From Candidatus Zhuqueibacterota bacterium (GTDB lineage: Bacteria > Zhuqueibacterota > Zhuqueibacteria > Zhuqueibacterales > Geothermadaptataceae), in assembly GCA_015491485.1 (NCBI GenBank), contig WFVT01000025.1:1-56216 (forward strand): a stretch of DNA of 56,216 bases, in the 5' to 3' direction. The number at the start of each line of letters is the position of its first letter. Within the stretch, counting starts at the first letter, position 1. Made by a program: the position numbers and the translations under genes. Positions 28,791 through 37,300 of the stretch are shown one piece after another. The notes below the pieces were generated by a model. That model had not been told where the DNA came from, searched no databases, and worked only from the letters and a program-made list of their open reading frames with translations.

Positions 28791-30554
28791 TCAGGGATCA
28801 ATGATTTTGATCCCGAGCTCCTGGAGCTGCCGCTCATCCACCTCACTCGGAGCACCATCCATTAACGACAGCGCGCTGTTGGTTTTTGGAAAGGCAATCA
28901 CATCCCGGATGGATTGCCGGCCGGCAAGAATCATCGCCAGTCGGTCAAATCCAAAGGCGATGCCTCCATGCGGAGGTGCGCCATACTCAAAGGCTTCCAA
29001 AAGAAAACCAAATTTTCGTTCTGCCTCCTCGGGGGATATTTTGAGAAGGGAGAACATTTTATTTTGCAGCTCCCGTTTGTGAATTCGGATACTGCCGCCG
29101 GCGATTTCATACCCGTTCAACACCAGATCATAGGCTTTTGCCCGGACTTTCTCAGGGGCGCTATCCATGAGATGCACATCTTCTTCCATTGGTGATGTAA
29201 ACGGATGGTGGCGGGCAACGTAACGCTGTTCCTCTTCATCATACTCCAAAAGCGGAAAGTCCACCACCCACGAAAAATGATATTGACCTTCCGGAATCCA
29301 ATTTTCTTCTCTGGCAAGGCGATTGCGCAGATTGCCGAGGACGACATTGGTGCGCTCACGCTCATCGGCGATAATCAACAGCAAATCCCCTGCTTCTGCT
29401 CCAAACGCACTCGTGATTTTGCGGCGTAGTCCTTCATCAAAAAACTTGGCAAGGCCGCTGTCCCAATCGGCTTCACCAATTTTAATTGCCACAAGGCCTT
29501 TTGCGCCAAATTCTTTAACAAATTCCGTCAGCTCATCGATGCGTTTGCGGGAATATTTCGCGCCGCCCGGCACTCGCAGCCCCTTGACCGCGCCATGGTT
29601 TTCCAGCACCTCCCGAAATACCCGGAATTCCGATGCCCGGACGAAATCGGATATATCGACCAACTGCGCTCCGAAGCGGAGATCCGGCTTATCGCTGCCG
29701 TACTTCTCCATGGCTTCTTCGTATGACAAACGCGGAAACGGTGTATCGATGTCAACCGATTTGATGTCTTTCATCACACGCTGCATCAGCCCTTCAACCA
29801 TGCTCAAAACATCATCCGCATCCACAAAGCTCATTTCGACGTCAATTTGCGTGAATTCCGGTTGCCGGTCGGCGCGTAAGTCCTCATCACGAAAGCACTT
29901 CACGATTTGAAAATAGCGATCGAAACCGGCTACCATGAGAATTTGTTTGTAGGTTTGCGGCGACTGCGGCAAAGCATAAAATTTCCCTTTGTGCAGCCGG
30001 CTTGGCACCAGGTAATCTCGCGCGCCTTCCGGCGTGCTTTTCATCAGCATGGGGGTTTCCACTTCTACAAATCCGTTTTCATCAAAGTAGCGCCGGACCA
30101 CCTGATACAATCGGTGCCGGAGCAAAAGATTGCTCTGCATCGACGGCCGCCGCAAATCGAGGTACCGATATTTAAGACGGAGTTCTTCGGAGACCTCGAT
30201 ATTATCGATGATCTCGAACGGCGGGGTTTTTGCCGGGTTGAGTACTTCGCATTCGTCCGCGATAACCTCAATTTCTCCTGTGGCTAAAGCCTCGTTCGCC
30301 ATGCCTTCGGGCCGGATCGCCACCTGTCCTTTCACCGCGATCACAAACTCGCCGCGCAAGGTTTTGGCCGTCTGATAAACCGCTTCATTCTCCGGATTGA
30401 ATACGATCTGGGTTTTGCCGTAACGATCCCGTAAATCAATAAAAATGACGCCGCCATGATCCCGACGGCGATCCACCCAGCCCATCAAAACGACTGACTG
30501 GCCTGCATGCTCTTTCCGTAACGCTCCGCACGTATGGGTTCTTTTGCTTTTCAT
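28791..30554 (-). CDS. aspS: Aspartate--tRNA ligase
   Basis: RTHTCG, FIDLRDRYG, TPEGARDY, ALPQSPQ, CFRDEDLRADRQPEF, GAPPHGG. Confidence 0.98.
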   Translation of the reverse strand: MKSKRTHTCGALRKEHAGQSVVLMGWVDRRRDHGGVIFIDLRDRYGKTQIVFNPENEAVYQTAKTLRGEFVIAVKGQVAIRPEGMANEALATGEIEVIADECEVLNPAKTPPFEIIDNIEVSEELRLKYRYLDLRRPSMQSNLLLRHRLYQVVRRYFDENGFVEVETPMLMKSTPEGARDYLVPSRLHKGKFYALPQSPQTYKQILMVAGFDRYFQIVKCFRDEDLRADRQPEFTQIDVEMSFVDADDVLSMVEGLMQRVMKDIKSVDIDTPFPRLSYEEAMEKYGSDKPDLRFGAQLVDISDFVRASEFRVFREVLENHGAVKGLRVPGGAKYSRKRIDELTEFVKEFGAKGLVAIKIGEADWDSGLAKFFDEGLRRKITSAFGAEAGDLLLIIADERERTNVVLGNLRNRLAREENWIPEGQYHFSWVVDFPLLEYDEEEQRYVARHHPFTSPMEEDVHLMDSAPEKVRAKAYDLVLNGYEIAGGSIRIHKRELQNKMFSLLKISPEEAERKFGFLLEAFEYGAPPHGGIAFGFDRLAMILAGRQSIRDVIAFPKTNSALSLMDGAPSEVDERQLQELGIKIIDP

Positions 30555-30628
30555 GGAACTACTCGTGACATCCGATTTGAATCTTAATGAGTGAATTTTG
30601 CCTGTTAGAGCCCCATTGAAATTTGTCT

Positions 30629-30656
30629 AATATAATATGATATCCCTAAAAATCAA
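30629..30656 (-). promoter_or_regulatory. Putative promoter of aspS
   Basis: TTGATT-16-TATATT. Confidence 0.45.
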
Positions 30657-30689
30657 TACGTTGTTTACCAATTTGGTTGAGCACAAAAT

Positions 30690-30723
30690 AAAAAAAGAGC
30701 CACCCCATTCCGGCAGGCAGCTC
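30690..30723 (-). terminator. Intrinsic terminator ending the Agl-Glt-like operon
   Basis: GAGCTGCC/GGTGGCTC stem (G-U pairs valid on minus strand) followed by T7. Confidence 0.75.
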
Positions 30724-30754
30724 CTCGATAAATACGAATCTTGCGAAGAAGGGT

Positions 30755-31867
30755 TTAATATCCAAAAGTATAAACCTGTTTGAAGGCCGTATTGCCTTTG
30801 GATTTATCGATCGCGCCGAAATTCCATCGCTTGATGCGATTCACGATACAGCGTTCCACACGCCGATTCCGCAATGTGGAAGAAACAATCGTCACTTCCA
30901 CTACTTTCCCGGAAGGATCAATGATGAAGCGTACCACGACTTTGCCGCGAAGATTGGGGTTCCGCTTGAGTTCGCGCTGATAGCAATATTGGATAGCCGC
31001 ATTATGAGACTTCACAATGGCGGCCACGGCATCGATATCGCGGGCGCCGCGATTCACCGGCTCTTCCGTTTCTTCAAGCAGAGAACCTGACGCATCGGTA
31101 ATCATATCCGCGCTTCGGGAAACACCGGCGACTTCGGATTTCCCCAGCCCTTCCACCAGTTCATCGATACCACCGCCACCGGTTTCACGGGCAGCGCGCA
31201 CATTCTTTCCTTTGCCTCCTCTGCCGCCGCTACCGGCTTCCCCGCGCTTCAAACCGGAGATGTTTTCCAGCGCCTTATCGAGATTTTCGCCGACTTTACC
31301 CCGGCTCAGCACGTCTTCCACCTCTGAACCCGAGGCGGATTGACTCGTGCTGGTCAGCAAGCCCAGGATGCCCTGATTGCTCACCGCTTTTTGAATCTGC
31401 TCGCGGGTGCGCCGCCGGCTGGCCGCCGCCGATGCGCGTTCGGCTTTTCGTCCTTCTACGGTGGCGGATCGGCGGGTTTTTCCTGTCCGTTTCGGAGCCT
31501 TCTCGGAAGGGGCTTTTGCTTCGGGCTGTTTTTCTTTTGGCTGCGTCTTTGCCTTGCTTATATCCGCCGCTTCCGCGAATCTGACCGTTTCCTCGATTTT
31601 AGGCCTGTCAAGAACCAGACTGGCAAACCGCTTCTGAATTTGGGCGATTTCTTTCTCGGTGACTTCTCTGGTCGGCGGATGGGTGGCAAAGTAAGCCACC
31701 ACCGCCAGATGAATGATTAGCGAAACGATCAGAATGGCTGTATATCGCTTATCCAGACTATCGATGAGTCGCCGTTCGAATTCCTTTGGAAAAACACCCG
31801 TTGCTATCGGTTCCATATCCTGAGACCGGCCCTCCCTGGCAATTGAATGATTGGATTGCATCGCCAT
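30755..31867 (-). CDS. TonB/TolA-like energy transducer with AgmX/PglI (GltG/GltJ-type) C-terminal domain
   Basis: Single TM with SLIIH (TonB/TolA-like S..H), charged and Gly-rich linker, IQYCYQRELKRNPNLRGKVVVRFII...VERCIVNRIKRWNF; start likely ATG 31867. Confidence 0.88.
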   Translation of the reverse strand: MAMQSNHSIAREGRSQDMEPIATGVFPKEFERRLIDSLDKRYTAILIVSLIIHLAVVAYFATHPPTREVTEKEIAQIQKRFASLVLDRPKIEETVRFAEAADISKAKTQPKEKQPEAKAPSEKAPKRTGKTRRSATVEGRKAERASAAASRRRTREQIQKAVSNQGILGLLTSTSQSASGSEVEDVLSRGKVGENLDKALENISGLKRGEAGSGGRGGKGKNVRAARETGGGGIDELVEGLGKSEVAGVSRSADMITDASGSLLEETEEPVNRGARDIDAVAAIVKSHNAAIQYCYQRELKRNPNLRGKVVVRFIIDPSGKVVEVTIVSSTLRNRRVERCIVNRIKRWNFGAIDKSKGNTAFKQVYTFGY

Positions 31868-31931
31868 GTGGACACCTTTTCTTTGTCCTTGATGGGGGTG
31901 AGTCAACGTAACCCTGTGTTTGACATCGGCA

Positions 31932-32441
31932 CTATTCTTCTTTTCTATAGACGATCAGACGCATATTCGGATACTCGGAAAGGCCGCATGTCCGCATCAC
32001 CTTCACCAACTGAGCATACTGCAAATCCTTATCCCCCTGAATCGTTACTTTGCCGGAAAATTTCACACCGTATTCTTCTTCCATTTTTTTCGCATGTTTG
32101 GCAAAATACAGCAGCTTATCCTGCAAAGGTTTGATAACACCATTTTCCACCACGCCGGGCTTATTCTGTATCACATCCTGCAATCGCACCACGGGTTCAT
32201 CATTCACCATGATGCTCTGCTTCGACACGACCAGATCCAAAGCCACTTCCGGCGGATTTTCAATCGTGGACTTGGGCAGGGTTAAATGCTGTGAAGGGGA
32301 AATAAGCTGTCCATCGGTTGAATAGGTTTTTAGCAGAAACAGCAAAATAATGGTGAACATATCCATCATCGAGGTCAGGTTCAATTTTGCCTGCCCCGGA
32401 TCGGTTTTATGCTTTTTTATCCTGGATGGTATAAACGCCAT
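31932..32441 (-). CDS. ExbD/TolR-family stator subunit (AglS-like), Asp-containing
   Basis: TM LNLTSMMDMFTIILLFLL; IQGDKDLQYAQLVKVM periplasmic motif. Confidence 0.9.
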   Translation of the reverse strand: MAFIPSRIKKHKTDPGQAKLNLTSMMDMFTIILLFLLKTYSTDGQLISPSQHLTLPKSTIENPPEVALDLVVSKQSIMVNDEPVVRLQDVIQNKPGVVENGVIKPLQDKLLYFAKHAKKMEEEYGVKFSGKVTIQGDKDLQYAQLVKVMRTCGLSEYPNMRLIVYRKEE

Positions 32442-32491
32442 CGCTCATCCTCAACGGTTTCAACGTGTTCAATTCCCGTTTCACTCAACCA

Positions 32492-33034
32492 TCATTGCTC
32501 AATGATGCCGGCACTCAAAGATACCTGCGGGAACAGCACCACTTGCCGATGGTTAATCGTAATTGACCGGGAGGCATCCATGGTGCTGACCAGGGTCTGG
32601 TAGTCAATGCCCGGCTCCGCCTGGATAATAATGTTCTCCAGGTCGGGGAACTTGCCCTGAGCTTTTTGCTTGATTTCATACAGTTTTTCAGACAGGGCTT
32701 GAAAATCGAAAGACCCGTCGGGCTTTTTGGGGATCGAGGGGCCGCTCCCACTTTTGGGGCGCAGTACCGCCAGGGCGCTGGAGATATAAAATCCCTCGTC
32801 CGTGATCGATACCGTCAGGTCTAAATTCTTCACCTTTTCGGCGGGCTTTTCACTGACGGTTTGAACGGGGCCCGCCGCCGGTGGCAAATTCAATTCGATA
32901 CTGCCGATTTTAATAAACTCCGCTGATGTGAGTAACAGCGGAATCAATACCACCATCAAATTCATCACGGGAGTCAGGTTGGGTTCAACCTCCTCCCCTT
33001 CGATCGTCCTGCGAAAAGATGGTCTGTACGCCAT
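32492..33034 (-). CDS. ExbD/TolR-family stator subunit (AglQ position), Asn at the conserved Asp
   Basis: TM NLTPVMNLMVVLIPLLL; IIIQAEPGIDYQTLVSTMDASR. Confidence 0.9.
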   Translation of the reverse strand: MAYRPSFRRTIEGEEVEPNLTPVMNLMVVLIPLLLTSAEFIKIGSIELNLPPAAGPVQTVSEKPAEKVKNLDLTVSITDEGFYISSALAVLRPKSGSGPSIPKKPDGSFDFQALSEKLYEIKQKAQGKFPDLENIIIQAEPGIDYQTLVSTMDASRSITINHRQVVLFPQVSLSAGIIEQ

Positions 33035-33122
33035 AGTTCAATACACCCGGTTTATCGCATCCTGTTAATAATGCATTGCGAAATGTTTTCAGGGGAAAAG
33101 AAGTTCCCCAGGGCCATCTATC

Positions 33123-33773
33123 TCATTGATTCCCCGTAATCAGGTTAATCAATTTCACCGTATGTTCATCGATTTCATCGATAATTTTGATGGTTTTGTT
33201 GTGCAAAAAGGTGTAAACCAGAATAGACGGGATGGCAATCGCCAGGCCGAGCAAGGTCGTGTTCATGGCGGTACTGATGCCTGCCGCCAACATTCGCGAC
33301 TTTTCTGCCGCATCGATTCCCGCCACCGAAACAGAGCGGAAAGCCAGGATGAGACCCCAAATCGTGCCCATAAGACCAATCAGGGTTGCGACATTGGCCA
33401 GCATGGCAAGAAATCCCGTCCGCTCCTGGAGCTTGGGAATCACTTCCAGGGTGCCTTCGTCAACGGAATTTTGAATGGTTCGGAAGTCAATGCTTTCGCT
33501 TTCCGCTACTTTCCGCAAACCGGCGCCAACCACTTTGGGCAGGGCTTTATTGGGCGCCGCTTCACACAGGGCCAATGCGCGTTTGTACTCGCCCGCCCGC
33601 ACCAATTTGCGAATTTCAGCCATGAATTTCGGCGCATCAATGTTTGAACGCACCACGATGTAATACGTCCGCTCGATAGCAATGGCAATGGCGACTGCCG
33701 CAACGATGGCCAGAGCTACCATGAAGTAGAAACCACCGGAATCTGGTGAAAATCCAGCAATAATTTCACTCAT
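33123..33773 (-). CDS. MotA/TolQ/ExbB-family channel subunit (AglR-like)
   Basis: 3 TMs; ATLIGLMGTIWGLI, AGISTAMNTTLLGLAIAIP; start ATG 33773 after GGAGG. Confidence 0.93.
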   Translation of the reverse strand: MSEIIAGFSPDSGGFYFMVALAIVAAVAIAIAIERTYYIVVRSNIDAPKFMAEIRKLVRAGEYKRALALCEAAPNKALPKVVGAGLRKVAESESIDFRTIQNSVDEGTLEVIPKLQERTGFLAMLANVATLIGLMGTIWGLILAFRSVSVAGIDAAEKSRMLAAGISTAMNTTLLGLAIAIPSILVYTFLHNKTIKIIDEIDEHTVKLINLITGNQ

Positions 33774-33922
33774 CGAACAAACCTCCATTTTGAGTTTAAA
33801 GTCCTTTTTTCGCAGGTATCTTTCAATTCCCTTTCATAAAGATACCCACTCACTCAGGTGATTTCAGTTTTTTCGTATTGGATTGCAAATGGAACGAGAG
33901 AGATCGAACGACATCCTCGTCA

Positions 33923-34339
33923 TTACTTTTTCAGCTTTTTCTGCCGCTTTTTTAGAATGGCTCTGAGGCGAGTCAAACGTTTTGCGGAATCCAGCTCCTC
34001 ATCATAAAGCAGCAGATTTTTGGGGATTTCTTTGATTTCATGCTCAAAAGTCCGGTCGATAAAGGCAATTTCCTCCATATCCACTTTGATGCGCTTTGGA
34101 AAAATATCCACATTGGGCCTTTCCACCACAGCTTCGATAATGATTTCACCCAGCTCAAACTCCGGCACGACGATCTGTTTTGCCGGTTTCTTTTTTTCTC
34201 CTTTATCAGCAGGGTTCTGGGCTTTCGCTTTGATCGGCGGCGGGGATTTGGGTCGTTCTGTCTGTTGTCCCAACACCACTGCAGGCACGCCTGCCAGCAT
34301 CAACGCAAGCATCACACGGATTCCGCGCATATCCATCAC
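33923..34339 (-). CDS. Small exported protein, GltF/CglF-like
   Basis: Signal peptide ...VVLG-Q, Pro/Lys linker, FELGEIIIEAVVERP...IDRTFEHEI recalling the CglF pattern; position between TPR genes and stator genes. Confidence 0.6.
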   Translation of the reverse strand: MMDMRGIRVMLALMLAGVPAVVLGQQTERPKSPPPIKAKAQNPADKGEKKKPAKQIVVPEFELGEIIIEAVVERPNVDIFPKRIKVDMEEIAFIDRTFEHEIKEIPKNLLLYDEELDSAKRLTRLRAILKKRQKKLKK

Positions 34340-34341
34340 CT

Positions 34342-37300
34342 TTAATTCACTTTTGGTAAAATGCCTTTATCGAAAAGCAGATTTTCCTGCTCGCGTTTTT
34401 TCTGCACCCGGATTTCAGCCTCCCGCTTTGCCCAGCCGGGCAGGCTTTTCAGAAAAACCAGGGCTTCGATGCCGCCACCGGTGCGGTCATCATCATGCAC
34501 GAAAAGCGCGATCCGGTTTTTGCCCGATACGAGGAAATCTGTAAAATCGTGAACCTGTGGTGCAGTTTGGGCGCTATCGAACCTCGCTTCGCTGATAAAT
34601 TCGCCATTCACGTAAAGCTGATAGCCATCGTCCGCCACAATTTGAATTTGCGCCATCACCGGTAATCCAGGCACCTCGAATGGCTTGCTGAAATACACCT
34701 GATAAACCGGCGGCTGATCGGACGAATGCATCGCGGTTTCGATGTGAGTGGAATCGATTGCAACCTTCGTTTCGGGGCGGCTGCTATCCGCGAAAGTGGT
34801 TTCAGCGCTTAGCGCCGTACTATCCGCGACGAGGCTGTCCGCCTCCATGCGGAAGGCGCCGGAATCCACTGGAGCCGATATCGCCGGCCAGCGGAACCAG
34901 ATGCGCTTCACCGGATATCCCGAGAAAGCCCGGGATGAATCGACCACCACGGCGGCGGCCCAGCCGGAGTCATCAAACTCGGCATCGGTCCAATTGCTAT
35001 CGGGCTCGACCGATGCTTTCCAGGTTTCATCGGTCCCCAGGGTAAAATCATAAATATCCAATCCCAGAATTCCGGCATATTCTTCAGGATTGCTACGCAC
35101 CAGCGCTAAAACAATGTCCTCGGTATCTTCATTCTGCAGTTGATACTTTTGCACCGCGGCAAATCCCTGTTCCAGCACTTCCTTTTTCGCATCCAATAAA
35201 CTGAAATAATTGTCCTCGAAAGTGAACAGCCCATCCTCCAGATAATCTTCACCGGCTTGCCGCAATCGGGCCTCAAATGTTTTCCGGTGTCGATTGGTTT
35301 CTGCAGCCAGCGAATCCAGCTTTTGCGAGAAGCGGTTGACAAACCGGAAGAGTGCTTCCTCAGTATGCAGCAGATCGTAGTTTTGAATGCCCCGTTTTAG
35401 CGCCGTTTCCAATGTATTTTCATAGGCGAGGATGGTCGCCTTGGCGAAAGCATTGCTAAAGTCGATAAAGTTTGCCATTTCATCGGCAATGCCCAGAGCC
35501 ATCACATTATCTTCGGGAAGGGTGGATAGGTAGGCGGGCACCCGATCTTGATATCCCTGCAACGCTTCCCACGCCAGTTTGCTGTACTCTTCAGCAATGA
35601 GGCTGTTCGTGGAAATAATCTTACTGCGGGATGATTCGACCCACTGATTATCAAGCCCCAGCTCTTCGGCTTCGGCCAAATTCCGGGCATGCGCCTGCAC
35701 GATTTCATCCACCAACGGCCGGACGAATTTGCCGATCAACTGATTCCGGAATTCCAGTGATGTAATTTTATCCAGTCCGGGCGGCAAAGGCGCATTCAGC
35801 AATTGTTGTACCGAAGAGTAATTGATTTCAGCAATATCATAAATCACTTCGGAAATTTTTTCATTTGAGCGGTCGATCCAGCGCTGGGCGATTTGAAGCG
35901 TCGAATCCGCGAAACTGATCTTTTGGCCGGCCTGCGAGGTGGATAAGCTATCGCCGTTGCTCATGGTTTTCCGGTATTGCTCGGAAATGCGCGTCAACAC
36001 TTCGCGGCTGTTCTTATAAGCCTCTAAAGCGCGTTCATACAACTGCGCGGCGGTTTCGTTGATTTCTTTTTTAGCGACAATCCGCTTCTCGAGTTGCGCT
36101 TCGGGAATATCCTGATTCGCCCAAGTCTCCGCAAAATTTTCGTAAGCCAATCCTATTTTAAACGTGGATTCGTACAGCCGCAGGGTTCCATACGCGGCCA
36201 CACGGGCGTAATTATCCACGATTTCAAGAAGCATCTCCTTTTTGCGCTTCTTGGCTTCAGCCATCCGTTCGGGCGGCAGCTTAAATTCGATCTGGCTATA
36301 TTCATCAAATTGAAGTTCGGTCAGCCGAAACAGCGCTTCCGCAGCGAAAAAGTCATTGGCATCTTTCCCGGCCCGGGCAAACGCTTCGCTTTTTTGGATC
36401 GCCTGCTCATATTCCTGCCTGGCCTGATCAATCTGTCCACGACTTTCGAAATACTCGCCGCGCCGGAAGTGCGTCTCGACCACCCGAGGGGAGTCCGGGA
36501 AGCGGCGGGCATAATCGCCATAAATATCATTGGCTTTGTCCAGGTCACCGAGTTTCAAATAATACGTGGCAATGTCATAAAACAAATCATCCGCATCCTG
36601 AGAATTGGGATAGCGATCTACGAACTTTTTGTTCACCCGGATAGCGCGGCTCCAATCTTCGGCCTTGACATAAAACACGGATGCATTGTAAAGGTGGGTT
36701 TCCGCTTTGGCAGAATCAGGATCTTCTTCCGCCAGCCGCTCGAAAGTTAACGCTGCATTGGTATAATCTTTCAGCTCGCCGTAATCCAGCGCCATATTGT
36801 TCAGTGCGGAGATGTAGTATTGCGATTGCGGAAAACGCTGGGTTAAAGTGGCATACACTTCTACAGCAAGGCCGTATTCACGGGCACGATCATATTCGAG
36901 GCCGGCATTGAACAGCGCCAAATCGGCAAATTCGGCATCCGGAACTTCTTCCGCTACACGGCGGTACTCTTCGGCCGCCCGGAAATGTTTTTCCAGATCG
37001 GCCAGGTTTTCCGCCTGCAGAAAGATAGCTTCTGCCAGCCGCTGATTGGCTTTGGCGGCGTATTCCGGATTATTGGCTTTCTGACGAAGCCGCCGCGCCA
37101 CAATTTCCACGCTTTTGTAATCCAATTTGCCGAAATAGCTTTCCATCACCAAATACTCAGCATATTCGGCCAGCGGATGTTCCGGAAAATGCTTCAGTAA
37201 CGTTTTAAAATATTTGAGTGCATCGACAAAATGGTTTTTGTTGTAATAAATCGATCCGGCCTGACTTAACCGCTCCGGAGTGTCATCGTCGAATGGAAAC

